Positions 47,137-56,107 of a stretch of 64,000 bases of DNA are shown here, one piece after another. The DNA comes from Planctomycetota bacterium (GTDB lineage Bacteria > Planctomycetota > Planctomycetia > Pirellulales > UBA1268): the NCBI GenBank assembly GCA_029978905.1, contig JAPOIM010000007.1:15942-79941 (forward strand). Direction: 5' to 3'. The first letter of the stretch is position 1. The number at the start of each line of letters is the position of its first letter. The position numbers and the translations under genes are program-made. The notes under the pieces were generated by a model that saw nothing but the letters and a program-made list of their open reading frames with translations, was not told where the DNA came from and did no database searches.

Positions 47137-48525
47137 ATGCAGACTCATGATCTCGTGGTGATTGGCGGCGGTCCCGGCGGGTACGTGGCGGCGATCAGGG
47201 CGTCGCAGCGAGGCCTCAGTGTCGCGGTGGTCGAAGCGGAGGAGCGTCTCGGGGGCACCTGCCTCCGCGTTGGCTGCATCCCATCGAAGGCCCTGCTGGA
47301 GTCGAGCCAGAAGTTTGAGGAAACCCGTCATAGCCTTGCCCAGCATGGGATTCTCGCTTCGTCCATCGAGCTCGATCTTGCGGTGATGATGAAGCGCAAG
47401 GCCGATGTGGTTTCGACGCTGGCCAAGGGGGTCGAGGCTCTGCTGAAGAAAAACAAGGTCACCCGATACCGTGGCTTCGGTCGGATCGCCGGGCCTGGCT
47501 GCGTGGCCGTGGTGTCCGCCGATGGGGAGGTAACGGAACTCCGCAGCGAGAGGATTCTCTTGGCTGTGGGGAGTACGAGTGTGGTGCTGCCGGGCGTTGC
47601 CGTCGATGGCGATCGGGTGGGCACCAGCACCGAGGCCCTCTCATTTGAGACGGTTCCGCGGCATCTGGTCGTGATCGGTGGCGGCTACATCGGGCTGGAA
47701 CTCGGAAGCGTCTGGCGGCGTCTCGGAAGCCAGGTGACCGTCCTGGAGTATGCCGATCGGATCCTGATGGGGATCGATGCGGAGATCGCCGGGCAGGCTC
47801 TAGAACTGTTTCGCAAGGAGGGGCTCGACATTCGCCTTGGCCAACGCGTGACCTCCGCAAAGGCCACCGGTGCTGGGTGTGTGGTTGAAGTGGAGGGGAG
47901 CGACCCGATTGCCTGCGACCGGGTGCTCGCCGCGACTGGGCGGCGCCCCGCCACCGAAGGCATTGGCCTGGAGACGGTTGGGATCACGACCGACAGTCGC
48001 GGGTTTGTGCCGGTCGATGACCAGTTTCGGACGCAAGCCCCAGGTGTGTGGGCCATCGGTGACTGCGTGCCGGGGCCGATGCTCGCCCACAAGGCAGAGG
48101 AGGATGGGGTCGCTGCGGTCGATGGCATGACCGGGGGCTGGTGCCACGTCGACTACGACCTCGTCCCTGCGGTGGTCTTCACGCATCCAGAGATCGCGGC
48201 AGTCGGGAAGACTCAGGAGCAGTTGGAAGCAGCCGGTGTGGCGTTTCGCAAAGGCCTGTTCCCGTTCCGCGCCAATGGACGTGCCAGGACGATTGCCGAG
48301 ACGTCGGGGATGGTGAAGGTGCTCGCGGACGCCACGACCGATCGTGTGCTCGGTGTGCACATCATCGGCCCTGACGCGGGGAACCTGGTTGCCGAAGCGG
48401 CCGCGGCGATGGCTTTTGGTGCAACGGCCGAAGACATCGCTCGGGTCTGTCATGCCCACCCCACGCTCACCGAAGCGCTCAAGGAAGCGGCCATGGCCGT
48501 GCACGGGCAGGCAATTCACGCCTGA
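47137..48525 (+). CDS. lpdA: Dihydrolipoyl dehydrogenase (E3), copy 2
   Basis: VVIGGGPGGYVAAI, GGTCLRVGCIPSKALL and the C-terminal HAHPTLTE are present. The sequence is clearly diverged from copy 1. Confidence 0.9.
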   Translation: MQTHDLVVIGGGPGGYVAAIRASQRGLSVAVVEAEERLGGTCLRVGCIPSKALLESSQKFEETRHSLAQHGILASSIELDLAVMMKRKADVVSTLAKGVEALLKKNKVTRYRGFGRIAGPGCVAVVSADGEVTELRSERILLAVGSTSVVLPGVAVDGDRVGTSTEALSFETVPRHLVVIGGGYIGLELGSVWRRLGSQVTVLEYADRILMGIDAEIAGQALELFRKEGLDIRLGQRVTSAKATGAGCVVEVEGSDPIACDRVLAATGRRPATEGIGLETVGITTDSRGFVPVDDQFRTQAPGVWAIGDCVPGPMLAHKAEEDGVAAVDGMTGGWCHVDYDLVPAVVFTHPEIAAVGKTQEQLEAAGVAFRKGLFPFRANGRARTIAETSGMVKVLADATTDRVLGVHIIGPDAGNLVAEAAAAMAFGATAEDIARVCHAHPTLTEALKEAAMAVHGQAIHA

Positions 48526-48544
48526 CGCTCGTGAGTTGCAGGCG

Positions 48545-49345
48545 TCAGTACCGGAAGGCGAGGCCTGCGTCGGAGAAGAAGTTGGCGGCGTCGCGGGTGA
48601 GCCCCCACCCAAAACGCCAACCCAGTTCGGTGTGTTCGCTCAGCGCCACGTGCCCACCCGGACTGAAGAACGGACGATTGACGTCGTCGATCAGTCCCTG
48701 CGTGAAGGTGCCGAAGTATTCTGCGTGAATTTCAATCCGCTCGGTGAGAGGGATTCGGGCGACGACCGACGGTCCCCAGCGAGAGAACCACGTCACATCA
48801 CTCTCGGCATAGGCATACCGGAGCGCCGCATCGAGTCGCCAGTTGGCGGGCATTTCCCAGCCGAGGACCGCAGTGGCCACAGGCTCGGTGCCAAACTCCT
48901 GGCCAAACATGGGGGTGGTCGCTTCCATGATGAAGCAACTTTGAGGAATCAAGCCATCCTGTTCGGTGGTGGCGAGTTTCAGCCCGTAGAGCACGTTCGA
49001 CTCGTAGAGCGTGCCTCCGTCGATCGGCAGTTCACCGGCTTCGACGCTCGTGACGACATTGCCTTGTGAGCCGACGGAGTAGTTGACGCCAAGACGCCAC
49101 TCGAGCCGCTCGGAGCCACCGATACGAACAATCAACTCGGGGTAGTTGTTGGTCGGGAGGCCGGCTCGGTTGTCGATGTAGACATGTGATCCTTCCACCA
49201 ACACGCGCCCTGGATCGACAGCAAAGGTCGACGGCGTAAACGCTTCGCGATCGGTGTTGAGTTCGATTGGCTCAAGCCCCGCTGCTGCCCGACAGGCCAA
49301 CAGCAGTGCGGTGCTGAGGAGCAGTGTGGTCAATCGACGTCGCAT
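48545..49345 (-). CDS. Outer-membrane beta-barrel protein (MetA-pathway/transporter-like family)
   Basis: The signal peptide is MRRRLTTLLLSTALLLACRAAAG. NTDREAFTPSTFAVDPGRVLVEGS resembles the conserved N-terminal strand of that family. Beta-strands show an alternating pattern, and the C-terminus ends in an aromatic residue (GLAFRY). Confidence 0.65.
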   Translation of the reverse strand: MRRRLTTLLLSTALLLACRAAAGLEPIELNTDREAFTPSTFAVDPGRVLVEGSHVYIDNRAGLPTNNYPELIVRIGGSERLEWRLGVNYSVGSQGNVVTSVEAGELPIDGGTLYESNVLYGLKLATTEQDGLIPQSCFIMEATTPMFGQEFGTEPVATAVLGWEMPANWRLDAALRYAYAESDVTWFSRWGPSVVARIPLTERIEIHAEYFGTFTQGLIDDVNRPFFSPGGHVALSEHTELGWRFGWGLTRDAANFFSDAGLAFRY

Positions 49346-49371
49346 CGGTGGACCGCGTTATCCAGGGCTTG

Positions 49372-49566
49372 CTATCTGGTCGTGGGCACGGTGGCGGAGG
49401 CGCTCCGCCCCGCCGCCTCGCCTTCCTGCACGACTTCCGTGGTCACGGCCTTGAGCCGTTGACGATCGACCGTGATGTCGACGTCGTTACCTGACGTAGA
49501 AATGTGAATCGCGCCGGCTGCCACCAGCCCGGCGAAGATCAAGCCAAGAATGAGGACGGTTCGCAT
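49372..49566 (-). CDS. Hypothetical small membrane-anchored protein (64 aa)
   Basis: MRTVLILGLIFAGLVAAGAIHIS is an N-terminal TM or signal anchor. The ORF ends 26 nt upstream of the OMP gene on the same strand. I recognise no family. Confidence 0.4.
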   Translation of the reverse strand: MRTVLILGLIFAGLVAAGAIHISTSGNDVDITVDRQRLKAVTTEVVQEGEAAGRSASATVPTTR

Positions 49567-49652
49567 GGCAACGCTCCGAATGTGTCGTTTGCTCCAGCGC
49601 GTCTTGAGACCGATTTCGCTGGCGGGCCGGGAGGATCGCAGAAAGGGCGAGA

Positions 49653-49675
49653 GGCGACAACGCAGGTTTGTCGCC
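49653..49675 (-). terminator. Candidate terminator hairpin downstream of the esterase gene
   Basis: GGCGACAA-(7 nt)-TTGTCGCC forms an 8-bp stem. On the minus strand it is followed by TCTCGCCCTTTCT, a weak U-tract. Confidence 0.3.
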
Positions 49676-49718
49676 CGAGCGGGGAAGGCGGCGGGGAAGG
49701 GCAGGCAAACCAGCGGCT

Positions 49719-50606
49719 TTACAGCCCTTGGATGAATCGCAGGAGCAGTGGGTGGGCAGGCCCTGCCATCTGGCCGTGGTCGTAGCCTTCGAGCTCAAAT
49801 AGCTCCACCTTCTCGTGCCCCGCCTCCTTGAGCATCCGCCACAAATAGGCGGTTTCCTCGTATCGCCCGAGTAGTTCCATGTCGCGGTCACCGGTCACGA
49901 GCAGGATCGGAGGGGCGTCCTTACGAACGTGGAAGAGGGGCGCCAGGTCATCGACGACCGGTTGGGTGCCGGGGATCCCACGCTCCTTCCGAATCGTGAA
50001 GTGGGTGATTGCGTGGCCGCTGTAGGGGGCGATGCCCGCGAGCCGGTCGGCGTCGATGTCGTGTGCCGCAAGCCAGCGTTTGTCGAGGCCGACCATGGCG
50101 GCGAGGTACCCGCCCGCGGAGTGGCCACTGACGATCACGCGTTCGGCGGAGCCGCCAAGCTGCTCGATGTTCTGCAGGGTCCAAGCGACGGCTGCGGCCG
50201 CGTCCTCAATGTAGGTGGGCGAAGCGGCCTCCGGAGCCAGCCGGTAATTGGCTGCGACGACGGCAATCCCCTTCTGCTTGAGTTCCGCGGGGATGAAGCG
50301 TTCTCCCGAGGTCAGCCCTCCTCCGTGGAACCACACGACTGTGGCGTAGCCGGGGTTGTTGGTGGGGGAGTAGACATCAAGACGGCAGCGAGAAGTCACG
50401 CTCTCTGGGAGGTCGTCACCGGATCGGTAGAGGATGTTGTGTTCGATGCGGTAGCCATCGGCTTCGTTGCCGTCGTCCGCTTCCGCGACAGACGCGAGCA
50501 GCGAGAAGCCAAGCACCGCGATGGTTCCCAGCAGACGGAGCCGTGTGGTGATGCAGCGAATAGGAAAAGAGAGCACACGCAGCGTGGACGGCATCTTGGA
50601 CTCCAA
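49719..50606 (-). CDS. Alpha/beta hydrolase (carboxylesterase/lipase type)
   Basis: The oxyanion motif is VVWFHGGGLTSG and the nucleophile elbow is SGHSAGGYLA. The N-terminus looks like a hydrophobic signal. Confidence 0.8.
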   Translation of the reverse strand: MESKMPSTLRVLSFPIRCITTRLRLLGTIAVLGFSLLASVAEADDGNEADGYRIEHNILYRSGDDLPESVTSRCRLDVYSPTNNPGYATVVWFHGGGLTSGERFIPAELKQKGIAVVAANYRLAPEAASPTYIEDAAAAVAWTLQNIEQLGGSAERVIVSGHSAGGYLAAMVGLDKRWLAAHDIDADRLAGIAPYSGHAITHFTIRKERGIPGTQPVVDDLAPLFHVRKDAPPILLVTGDRDMELLGRYEETAYLWRMLKEAGHEKVELFELEGYDHGQMAGPAHPLLLRFIQGL

Positions 50607-50609
50607 AAA

Positions 50610-51950
50610 CTAGGGGATCGAATTGGGGGCCGGAGCCTGGAGCCGTTCGCACAAACGCTGCAGCCAGTGCGCGGCTGGGGCTCCATCGGTGACGCGGTGA
50701 TCGAATGTCAGGCTGAGCGTGATCGACTGCCCAGCGACGATCGATCCGCTGCGAACGACGGGTTCGCTCACGATGCGGCCAATGCCAAGGATCGCAGCTT
50801 GCGGGAGGTTAAGAACCGGTGTGAAGGCGTCGATGCCATACATGCCCAGGTTGGAGATTGTAAAGGTGCCGCCAGTGAGCTGGTGTTGGCCGAGGTGTCC
50901 GCCGCGGGCCAGCACCACGAGTTCCCGCGTGGCTTTCGCGAGTTCTGGCAACGTCAGTCGGTCCGCATTGCGCACCACTGGCGCGAGCAGGCCATCCGGG
51001 GTGTCGACCGCAGTGGCCACGTGGACGGCGTCGTAAAAGTGAATCCCGTTGCGGTACCAGCAGGCGTTGAGGTCGGGGTGCTCTCGGAGCGTCGCAGCGA
51101 CATGAAAGAGCAGGATATCGTTGTATGTGGGCTGAGGCTCGTCGGTGGCCGCGGTCTTCAGTTGGTTTCGGAATGCCACGAGTGGCTCGGCGTCGATTTT
51201 TGTTGTGAGCGTGACGGGCACGGCCTGGTGGAGACCGGCGGCCATTCGCAGAGCGATGGCTTGCCGGAGTTTTGATGCGGGAACAAAGCGACCGGGTTCG
51301 GTCGGTGGGATTTCGGGGAGAGGGCTCGGCGGACGCGGGGTGTGATTCGTCGAGGCCGTGAGCACATCCCGCTCACGGATGCGGCCGTTTCGACCGGTGC
51401 CCGTGAGACGCCTCCAGTCGACGCCTGCTTCCTCAGCACGCCGTCGAGCGCGGGGGGTGGCGACAGGCCGTGTTTGGGTTGGCGAGAGTGGCCGTGGGGC
51501 GGCGTGGGGCCGCGTTGCCTGCCGCACATCCTCGCACACGACGCGCCCCGTTGGATCCGGCGTGGCGACCGAATCGAGATCGATCCCGAGTTGGCGTGCC
51601 ATGCGTCGGGCGGCTGGGCCCGCGGCACGGGGTAGGGTGGGTACCGTGCGGGGTGAGTTGGCGAGCGTCGCCGGCTGCACGTTGACAGTGGTGGGCGCGT
51701 CTTCCCCGTCCGCCAGGAGGAAGCCGATCACGTCGCCGACCTTCACCGTCGTGCCTGGCTGTGGCGCATCAGCAGGCACACACAGCCGACCGGCGTCAAA
51801 CGACTCAATCTCATTGGCGGCCTTCTCCCCTTCGAGCACAAACAGCATGTCGCCGGCCTGCACAACGTCACCAGGGGCTTTCAGCCACGCACTAAAAACG
51901 CCTTCCTCCATCGACCAGCCGAGACGAGGGATCGTGATGGGCTGCGGCAT
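50610..51950 (-). CDS. Dihydrolipoamide acyltransferase (E2) with one lipoyl domain and two peripheral-subunit-binding domains
   Basis: I trimmed track ORF 50610..52289 to ATG 51950 (MPQPITIPRLGWSMEEG). The lipoyl motif is VLEGEKAANEIE. The PSBDs are GPAARRMARQLGIDLDSVATPDPTGRVVCEDV and TPRARRRAEEAGVDWRRLTGTGRNGRIRERDV. The catalytic motif is LSLTFDHRVTDGA. Confidence 0.85.
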   Translation of the reverse strand: MPQPITIPRLGWSMEEGVFSAWLKAPGDVVQAGDMLFVLEGEKAANEIESFDAGRLCVPADAPQPGTTVKVGDVIGFLLADGEDAPTTVNVQPATLANSPRTVPTLPRAAGPAARRMARQLGIDLDSVATPDPTGRVVCEDVRQATRPHAAPRPLSPTQTRPVATPRARRRAEEAGVDWRRLTGTGRNGRIRERDVLTASTNHTPRPPSPLPEIPPTEPGRFVPASKLRQAIALRMAAGLHQAVPVTLTTKIDAEPLVAFRNQLKTAATDEPQPTYNDILLFHVAATLREHPDLNACWYRNGIHFYDAVHVATAVDTPDGLLAPVVRNADRLTLPELAKATRELVVLARGGHLGQHQLTGGTFTISNLGMYGIDAFTPVLNLPQAAILGIGRIVSEPVVRSGSIVAGQSITLSLTFDHRVTDGAPAAHWLQRLCERLQAPAPNSIP

Positions 51951-51954
51951 GGAG

Positions 51955-53970
51955 TTACTCCCGCACCAGGTCGAGAATCGCCTGTACGATTTGCTCGACA
52001 TTCGGCACCACGGCGTGTTCGAGCGTGGGCGCATATGGCGTAGGGGCGTGTGCCCCATGCAGTCGCTTGATGGGGGCATCAAGGTCATCAAACCCCGCGT
52101 CCGCCACCTGGGCAGCAATCTCTGACGCAATCCCACATGGGCCGAAGGCTTCGTCAACAATGAGGATCCGTCCGGTCTTCGAAACCGAGGTGAGAATCGA
52201 CTCGAGGTCCAAGGGCGACACGGTACGAGGGTCGAGGACTTCGACCGAGATGCCGTCGGCGGCAACCTGTTCGGCGGCCTTGAGGGCATGCTGCACCATC
52301 AGCGAGATCGCCACGACGGTGACATCGGTGCCGGGGCGATGGATCCGCGCTTTCCCGAAGGGAAGCTCGTAGGGCTCCGTGGGGACATGTCCTTTGAGCT
52401 GCATCAACTCGCGATGTTCCAGGAAAAGCACCGGATCGTTGCACCGAAGCGCCGTGGCCATCAGCCCTTTGGCGTCGTATGGGGTGGCCGGCAGGACCAC
52501 ACGCAGCCCCGGGATATGGGAGTAGATCGAGTGGTAGAGGCCGGAATGATGGGTCGCGGCCGAGTGACCGACACCACCGCATCCGCGGAGCAGCACCGGC
52601 ATCGCAAGCCGACCGCTGCTCATGTACTGCATCTTGGCGATTTGGTTCACGATTTCGCCAAATGCGTCGTTGATGAAGTCGATGAACATGAAGTCGATGA
52701 TCGGCCGGGTGCCCGTCATACCCGCGCCGCACGCGAGCCCCACGAAGCCCCGTTCGCAGATCGGCGTGTCACACAGGCGAGTCTCGCCGTACTTGGCATA
52801 GAGCCCCTGGGTGGTCGTGAAGTTGCCGCCACGCACACCGATCCCTTCTCCCATCACAAAGATCGAAGGATCGGTGGCCATGGCGTGGTCGAGCGCTTCG
52901 AGGGTGGCTGCCACGAATGAGATCGGTCGTTCGCGTGCGGCGTCCGTTGGTGGAGAAGACGCCGCGGGGGCCAGGCAGGGCGTCGGCTCAGCGAAGACGT
53001 GCGTGGTGGCGGACGCGGCCTCGGGCAGCGGGCTGGCTTCCGCAAACGCCCTCCCTTCGCGAACTAGGCTCGCGACCTCCTCTTCGATTGCTGCCAGACG
53101 TCGGGCCGACTCGTCGGCCTGCGTAGAGCGCTCGAGGATCCACGACGTGAGTCGTGCGATCGGGCACTTCTCCTTCCAGGCGGCGACGTCTTCCTTCGTC
53201 CGGTAGGTAAAGTCGCCCATCCCCTCGGCATGTGCCCGAGTGCGATAGGTCTGGCACTCGATGAGGGTCGGACCTTCACCGCGTTTCGCGCGTGCCACGG
53301 CCTCGCCTGCGACACGGAAGACGTCCAGCACATCGTTGCCGTCGATGGTCACGCCCGTGAGGCCGTAGGCCGTTCCGCGCGAGCCGACGCTCGGATTCCC
53401 ACTCGAATAGGAGAAGGGCACTTCAGTGGCGAAGAGGTTGTTCTCGCAGACAAACAGCACGGGGAGCTTCCAGATGCTGGCCATGTTGAGCGCTTCGTGG
53501 AACGCGCCATTGTTCACGGCGCCGTCGCCAAAGAAGGCCACCGCCACGCTGCCATTGCCGAGAATCTTGGCACTGTATCCCCCGCCGCAGGCCTGCAGCG
53601 TGCAAGGACCGACAATGCCGCTCGTCCCCATCATTCCGATCTCGGGGGCAAACAGGTGCATGCTGCCGCCGCGTCCCCGAGAGCAGCCGGTTTCGCGACC
53701 AAAAAGTTCGGCCATCAGTTCACGTGGTGGCATCCCCTTTGCGAGCGCGTGCCCGTGGCCTCGGTGAGTCGAAAAGATCGGGTCGCTGTCGAGGAGGTGC
53801 GCGCACACGCCCGTCGCGATCGCTTCCTGGCCGACGTAGGTGTGGCAGGCTCCGTGGATCAGCCCCCGCTGATGGCAACGGGCGAGTTCCTCCTCCGTCT
53901 GCCGGATGATCTGCATCGTCCGGAAGAGGGCAAAAACCTGGTCGTCTGCGAGAGATTCGTCGTGATGCAT
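51955..53970 (-). CDS. Fused E1 alpha-beta subunit of a TPP-dependent 2-oxoacid/acetoin-type dehydrogenase
   Basis: The alpha part has GACHTYVGQEAIATGV and the TPP motif FFGDGAVNNGAFHEALNMA. The beta part has ISFVAATLEALDHAMATDPSIFVMGEGIG and DTPICERGFVGLACGAGMTG. Both lie in one 671-aa ORF. Confidence 0.85.
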   Translation of the reverse strand: MHHDESLADDQVFALFRTMQIIRQTEEELARCHQRGLIHGACHTYVGQEAIATGVCAHLLDSDPIFSTHRGHGHALAKGMPPRELMAELFGRETGCSRGRGGSMHLFAPEIGMMGTSGIVGPCTLQACGGGYSAKILGNGSVAVAFFGDGAVNNGAFHEALNMASIWKLPVLFVCENNLFATEVPFSYSSGNPSVGSRGTAYGLTGVTIDGNDVLDVFRVAGEAVARAKRGEGPTLIECQTYRTRAHAEGMGDFTYRTKEDVAAWKEKCPIARLTSWILERSTQADESARRLAAIEEEVASLVREGRAFAEASPLPEAASATTHVFAEPTPCLAPAASSPPTDAARERPISFVAATLEALDHAMATDPSIFVMGEGIGVRGGNFTTTQGLYAKYGETRLCDTPICERGFVGLACGAGMTGTRPIIDFMFIDFINDAFGEIVNQIAKMQYMSSGRLAMPVLLRGCGGVGHSAATHHSGLYHSIYSHIPGLRVVLPATPYDAKGLMATALRCNDPVLFLEHRELMQLKGHVPTEPYELPFGKARIHRPGTDVTVVAISLMVQHALKAAEQVAADGISVEVLDPRTVSPLDLESILTSVSKTGRILIVDEAFGPCGIASEIAAQVADAGFDDLDAPIKRLHGAHAPTPYAPTLEHAVVPNVEQIVQAILDLVRE

Positions 53971-53977
53971 GCGCGTG

Positions 53978-54811
53978 CTACTCGCCCTCTGGATGCAGCG
54001 ACTGCACGGGCCGCTCTTCGTGCCCTGGCGTGCCTCCTGCGTTCATCGCCATGTTGCCGCCGTCGAGAGCAATCACCGCGCCGGTGATCCAGGCCGAACT
54101 GTCCGACGCGAGGAAGACCGCGAGGCCCATGATGTCGCTTGGCTGGCCAAGCCGCCCGGCTGGGATGCCTTTGAGGAACCGGGTTTCAAGCGTGGGGTCG
54201 TCCACCATGCGGGCCTCCAGCCCAGGGTTCACGACCTGAGCCGGGGTGACGCAATTCACGCGGACGCCTCGGTAGGCCCATTCGGTGCTCAGCTCGCGGG
54301 TCATCTGAACGACCGCACCCATGGCCATGCTGTAGGCGATGTGGCCTCGGCCGAGTGCCGTGGAACTGGCGAGGGAGCCAATGTTCATGATCGAACCGCG
54401 CTCCTGGGCGAGCATCCGACGGCCTGCTTCCTGGCACATTGCGAATCGCCCGATGACGAGGTTTTGCAAGACGCGATGCAGGTCGCTGATCGTCAGGTCT
54501 TCCGGTTTCGCGAGGTAGCCGTCGCCAGCGATGTTTCCCAGGAAGTCGACACGGCCGAAACGGCTGTCGATCTGGTCGAACAGTTCGGCGATCGCGTCTG
54601 GGTTTGAACAGTCGGTGGCGGCCGCCATGGTCTCACGGCCCAGTGCCTGGATCTCCGTGGCCGTGGCTTCGACGCCCGCGCGATTGCGATCCACCACGAC
54701 GGTGTGCGCGCCGTGTTGAGCGAGGGCAAGTGCCGTCGCCTTGCCCAGGCCTTGTGCGGCTCCGGACACCACCGCGACTCGGTCGGTCAGTGAAAACAGA
54801 TTGCTACTCAT
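53978..54811 (-). CDS. Short-chain dehydrogenase/reductase with an atypical active-site motif (YSMAM)
   Basis: I trimmed to ATG 54811 (MSSNLFSLTDRVAVVSGAAQGLGKATA), which begins the Rossmann motif. NIGS and AYSMAMGAV occupy the usual S...YxxxK positions. Confidence 0.85.
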   Translation of the reverse strand: MSSNLFSLTDRVAVVSGAAQGLGKATALALAQHGAHTVVVDRNRAGVEATATEIQALGRETMAAATDCSNPDAIAELFDQIDSRFGRVDFLGNIAGDGYLAKPEDLTISDLHRVLQNLVIGRFAMCQEAGRRMLAQERGSIMNIGSLASSTALGRGHIAYSMAMGAVVQMTRELSTEWAYRGVRVNCVTPAQVVNPGLEARMVDDPTLETRFLKGIPAGRLGQPSDIMGLAVFLASDSSAWITGAVIALDGGNMAMNAGGTPGHEERPVQSLHPEGE

Positions 54812-56090
54812 CACAAACCTCAGGAGCAGACGAACGGCCGGTGTTCCAGTTCTGTAAGACGAAGGCCGCGACGAGTCCTCCAAAAAGGAGAATCCCCGCC
54901 ATCGACCAGAGGCCCAATTGGCCCAGGATCGACGCGCCGAAGAAGCCGCCAATATTAGCGACGGAGTTGATCAGTGCGATGCCACCCGCGGCAGCAACGC
55001 CCGACAAGAAGGATCCCGGGAGGGTCCAGAACACCGGGAGCATGCTCATCATCCCCGCCTGGGCAAGGCACAGGCCGATCAGGGCCACGACCGGCGACGG
55101 CCCCCAGGCCACAAGGGTCCAGCCGGCAGACGCCAGAATCGCCGCGCCCGTGAGATGCCACCGCCGCTCCCCCGTGCGGTCAGAACTGATGCCGACCAGC
55201 GACATCAGCGCAATCGAGCAGAGGTGCGGCAAGGCGGTGAGGAGGCCGATCTGAAAGTTGGAGGCCTGCTGAAATCGTTCTTTCAGGAGGGTTGGGAAGT
55301 AGGCGCCGCTCGCATTCGTGCCAACCGCGACAGTGAAGTAGATGGCGATCAGCCACCACACACGGGGCTGCACCATCGCCTGCCAGCGATCCGGGCCATG
55401 CTGCTGACGGCGAGCCCGATCTTCTTCGGCGAGGTGGTTGACCAGCCAGGTCCGTTGATCGTCCGAGAGCCAGCGTGCGTCACGAGGGGAGTCTTGCAGA
55501 TAGAAGAGCACCGCCAGCCCGACCAGCGAGGTGGGCAGCCCTTCGAGGACGAAGAGCCACTGCCATCCATGCAACCCGTTCACGCCATCAAAGTGATCCA
55601 TGATCCAGCCGGACACCGGATTTCCAAGCACGTTCGAGAGCCCGATCGCGAGCATAAAAAACGCGGTGGTCTTTGCTCGCTGTCGATCGGGAAACCAATC
55701 GCTGAGATAGAGAATGATGCCCGGGAAGAAGCCCGCTTCCGCGATGCCGAGCAATGTCCTCAAGGCGTAGAACGTCCACACATCACTGGCAAACATCGTG
55801 GCCGCCGACACAAGGCCCCACGTGATCATGATGCGGGCGATCCACACCCTCGCACCGAACCGCCGCATCAGCAGGTTGCTGGGGACTTCGAAGAGGATGT
55901 ACCCCACGTAGAACATGCCGTAGCCGAGATCGAACGCAGCCTGGCTGAGGCCGAGGTCGTCCTGCATCGCAAGGCGTGCGAAACCCACATTCGCGCGGTC
56001 GAGAATGTTGAGCACATACAGCAGGCAGATGAAAGGCACGATCCGCCATGTCACGCGTCGGATTGTGGTGTGTTCCGTTTCGTTCGACAT
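54804..56090 (-). CDS. MFS transporter (anion:cation symporter-like)
   Basis: I trimmed to ATG 56090 (MSNETEHTTIRRVTWRIVPFICLLYVLNILDRANVGFA). The protein has about 12 hydrophobic segments. Its stop overlaps the SDR start by 8 nt. Confidence 0.85.
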   Translation of the reverse strand: MSNETEHTTIRRVTWRIVPFICLLYVLNILDRANVGFARLAMQDDLGLSQAAFDLGYGMFYVGYILFEVPSNLLMRRFGARVWIARIMITWGLVSAATMFASDVWTFYALRTLLGIAEAGFFPGIILYLSDWFPDRQRAKTTAFFMLAIGLSNVLGNPVSGWIMDHFDGVNGLHGWQWLFVLEGLPTSLVGLAVLFYLQDSPRDARWLSDDQRTWLVNHLAEEDRARRQQHGPDRWQAMVQPRVWWLIAIYFTVAVGTNASGAYFPTLLKERFQQASNFQIGLLTALPHLCSIALMSLVGISSDRTGERRWHLTGAAILASAGWTLVAWGPSPVVALIGLCLAQAGMMSMLPVFWTLPGSFLSGVAAAGGIALINSVANIGGFFGASILGQLGLWSMAGILLFGGLVAAFVLQNWNTGRSSAPEVCDE

Positions 56091-56107
56091 AAAACGCCCC
56101 TGTCGCG

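Noticed and set aside
48523-48549. Inverted repeat TGACGC-(13 nt)-GCGTCA spanning the two convergent stop codons of lpd copy 2 and the OMP gene
   Set aside because: It has only a 6-bp stem with a large loop and no U-tract. It may be a coincidence of the TGA/TCA stops.
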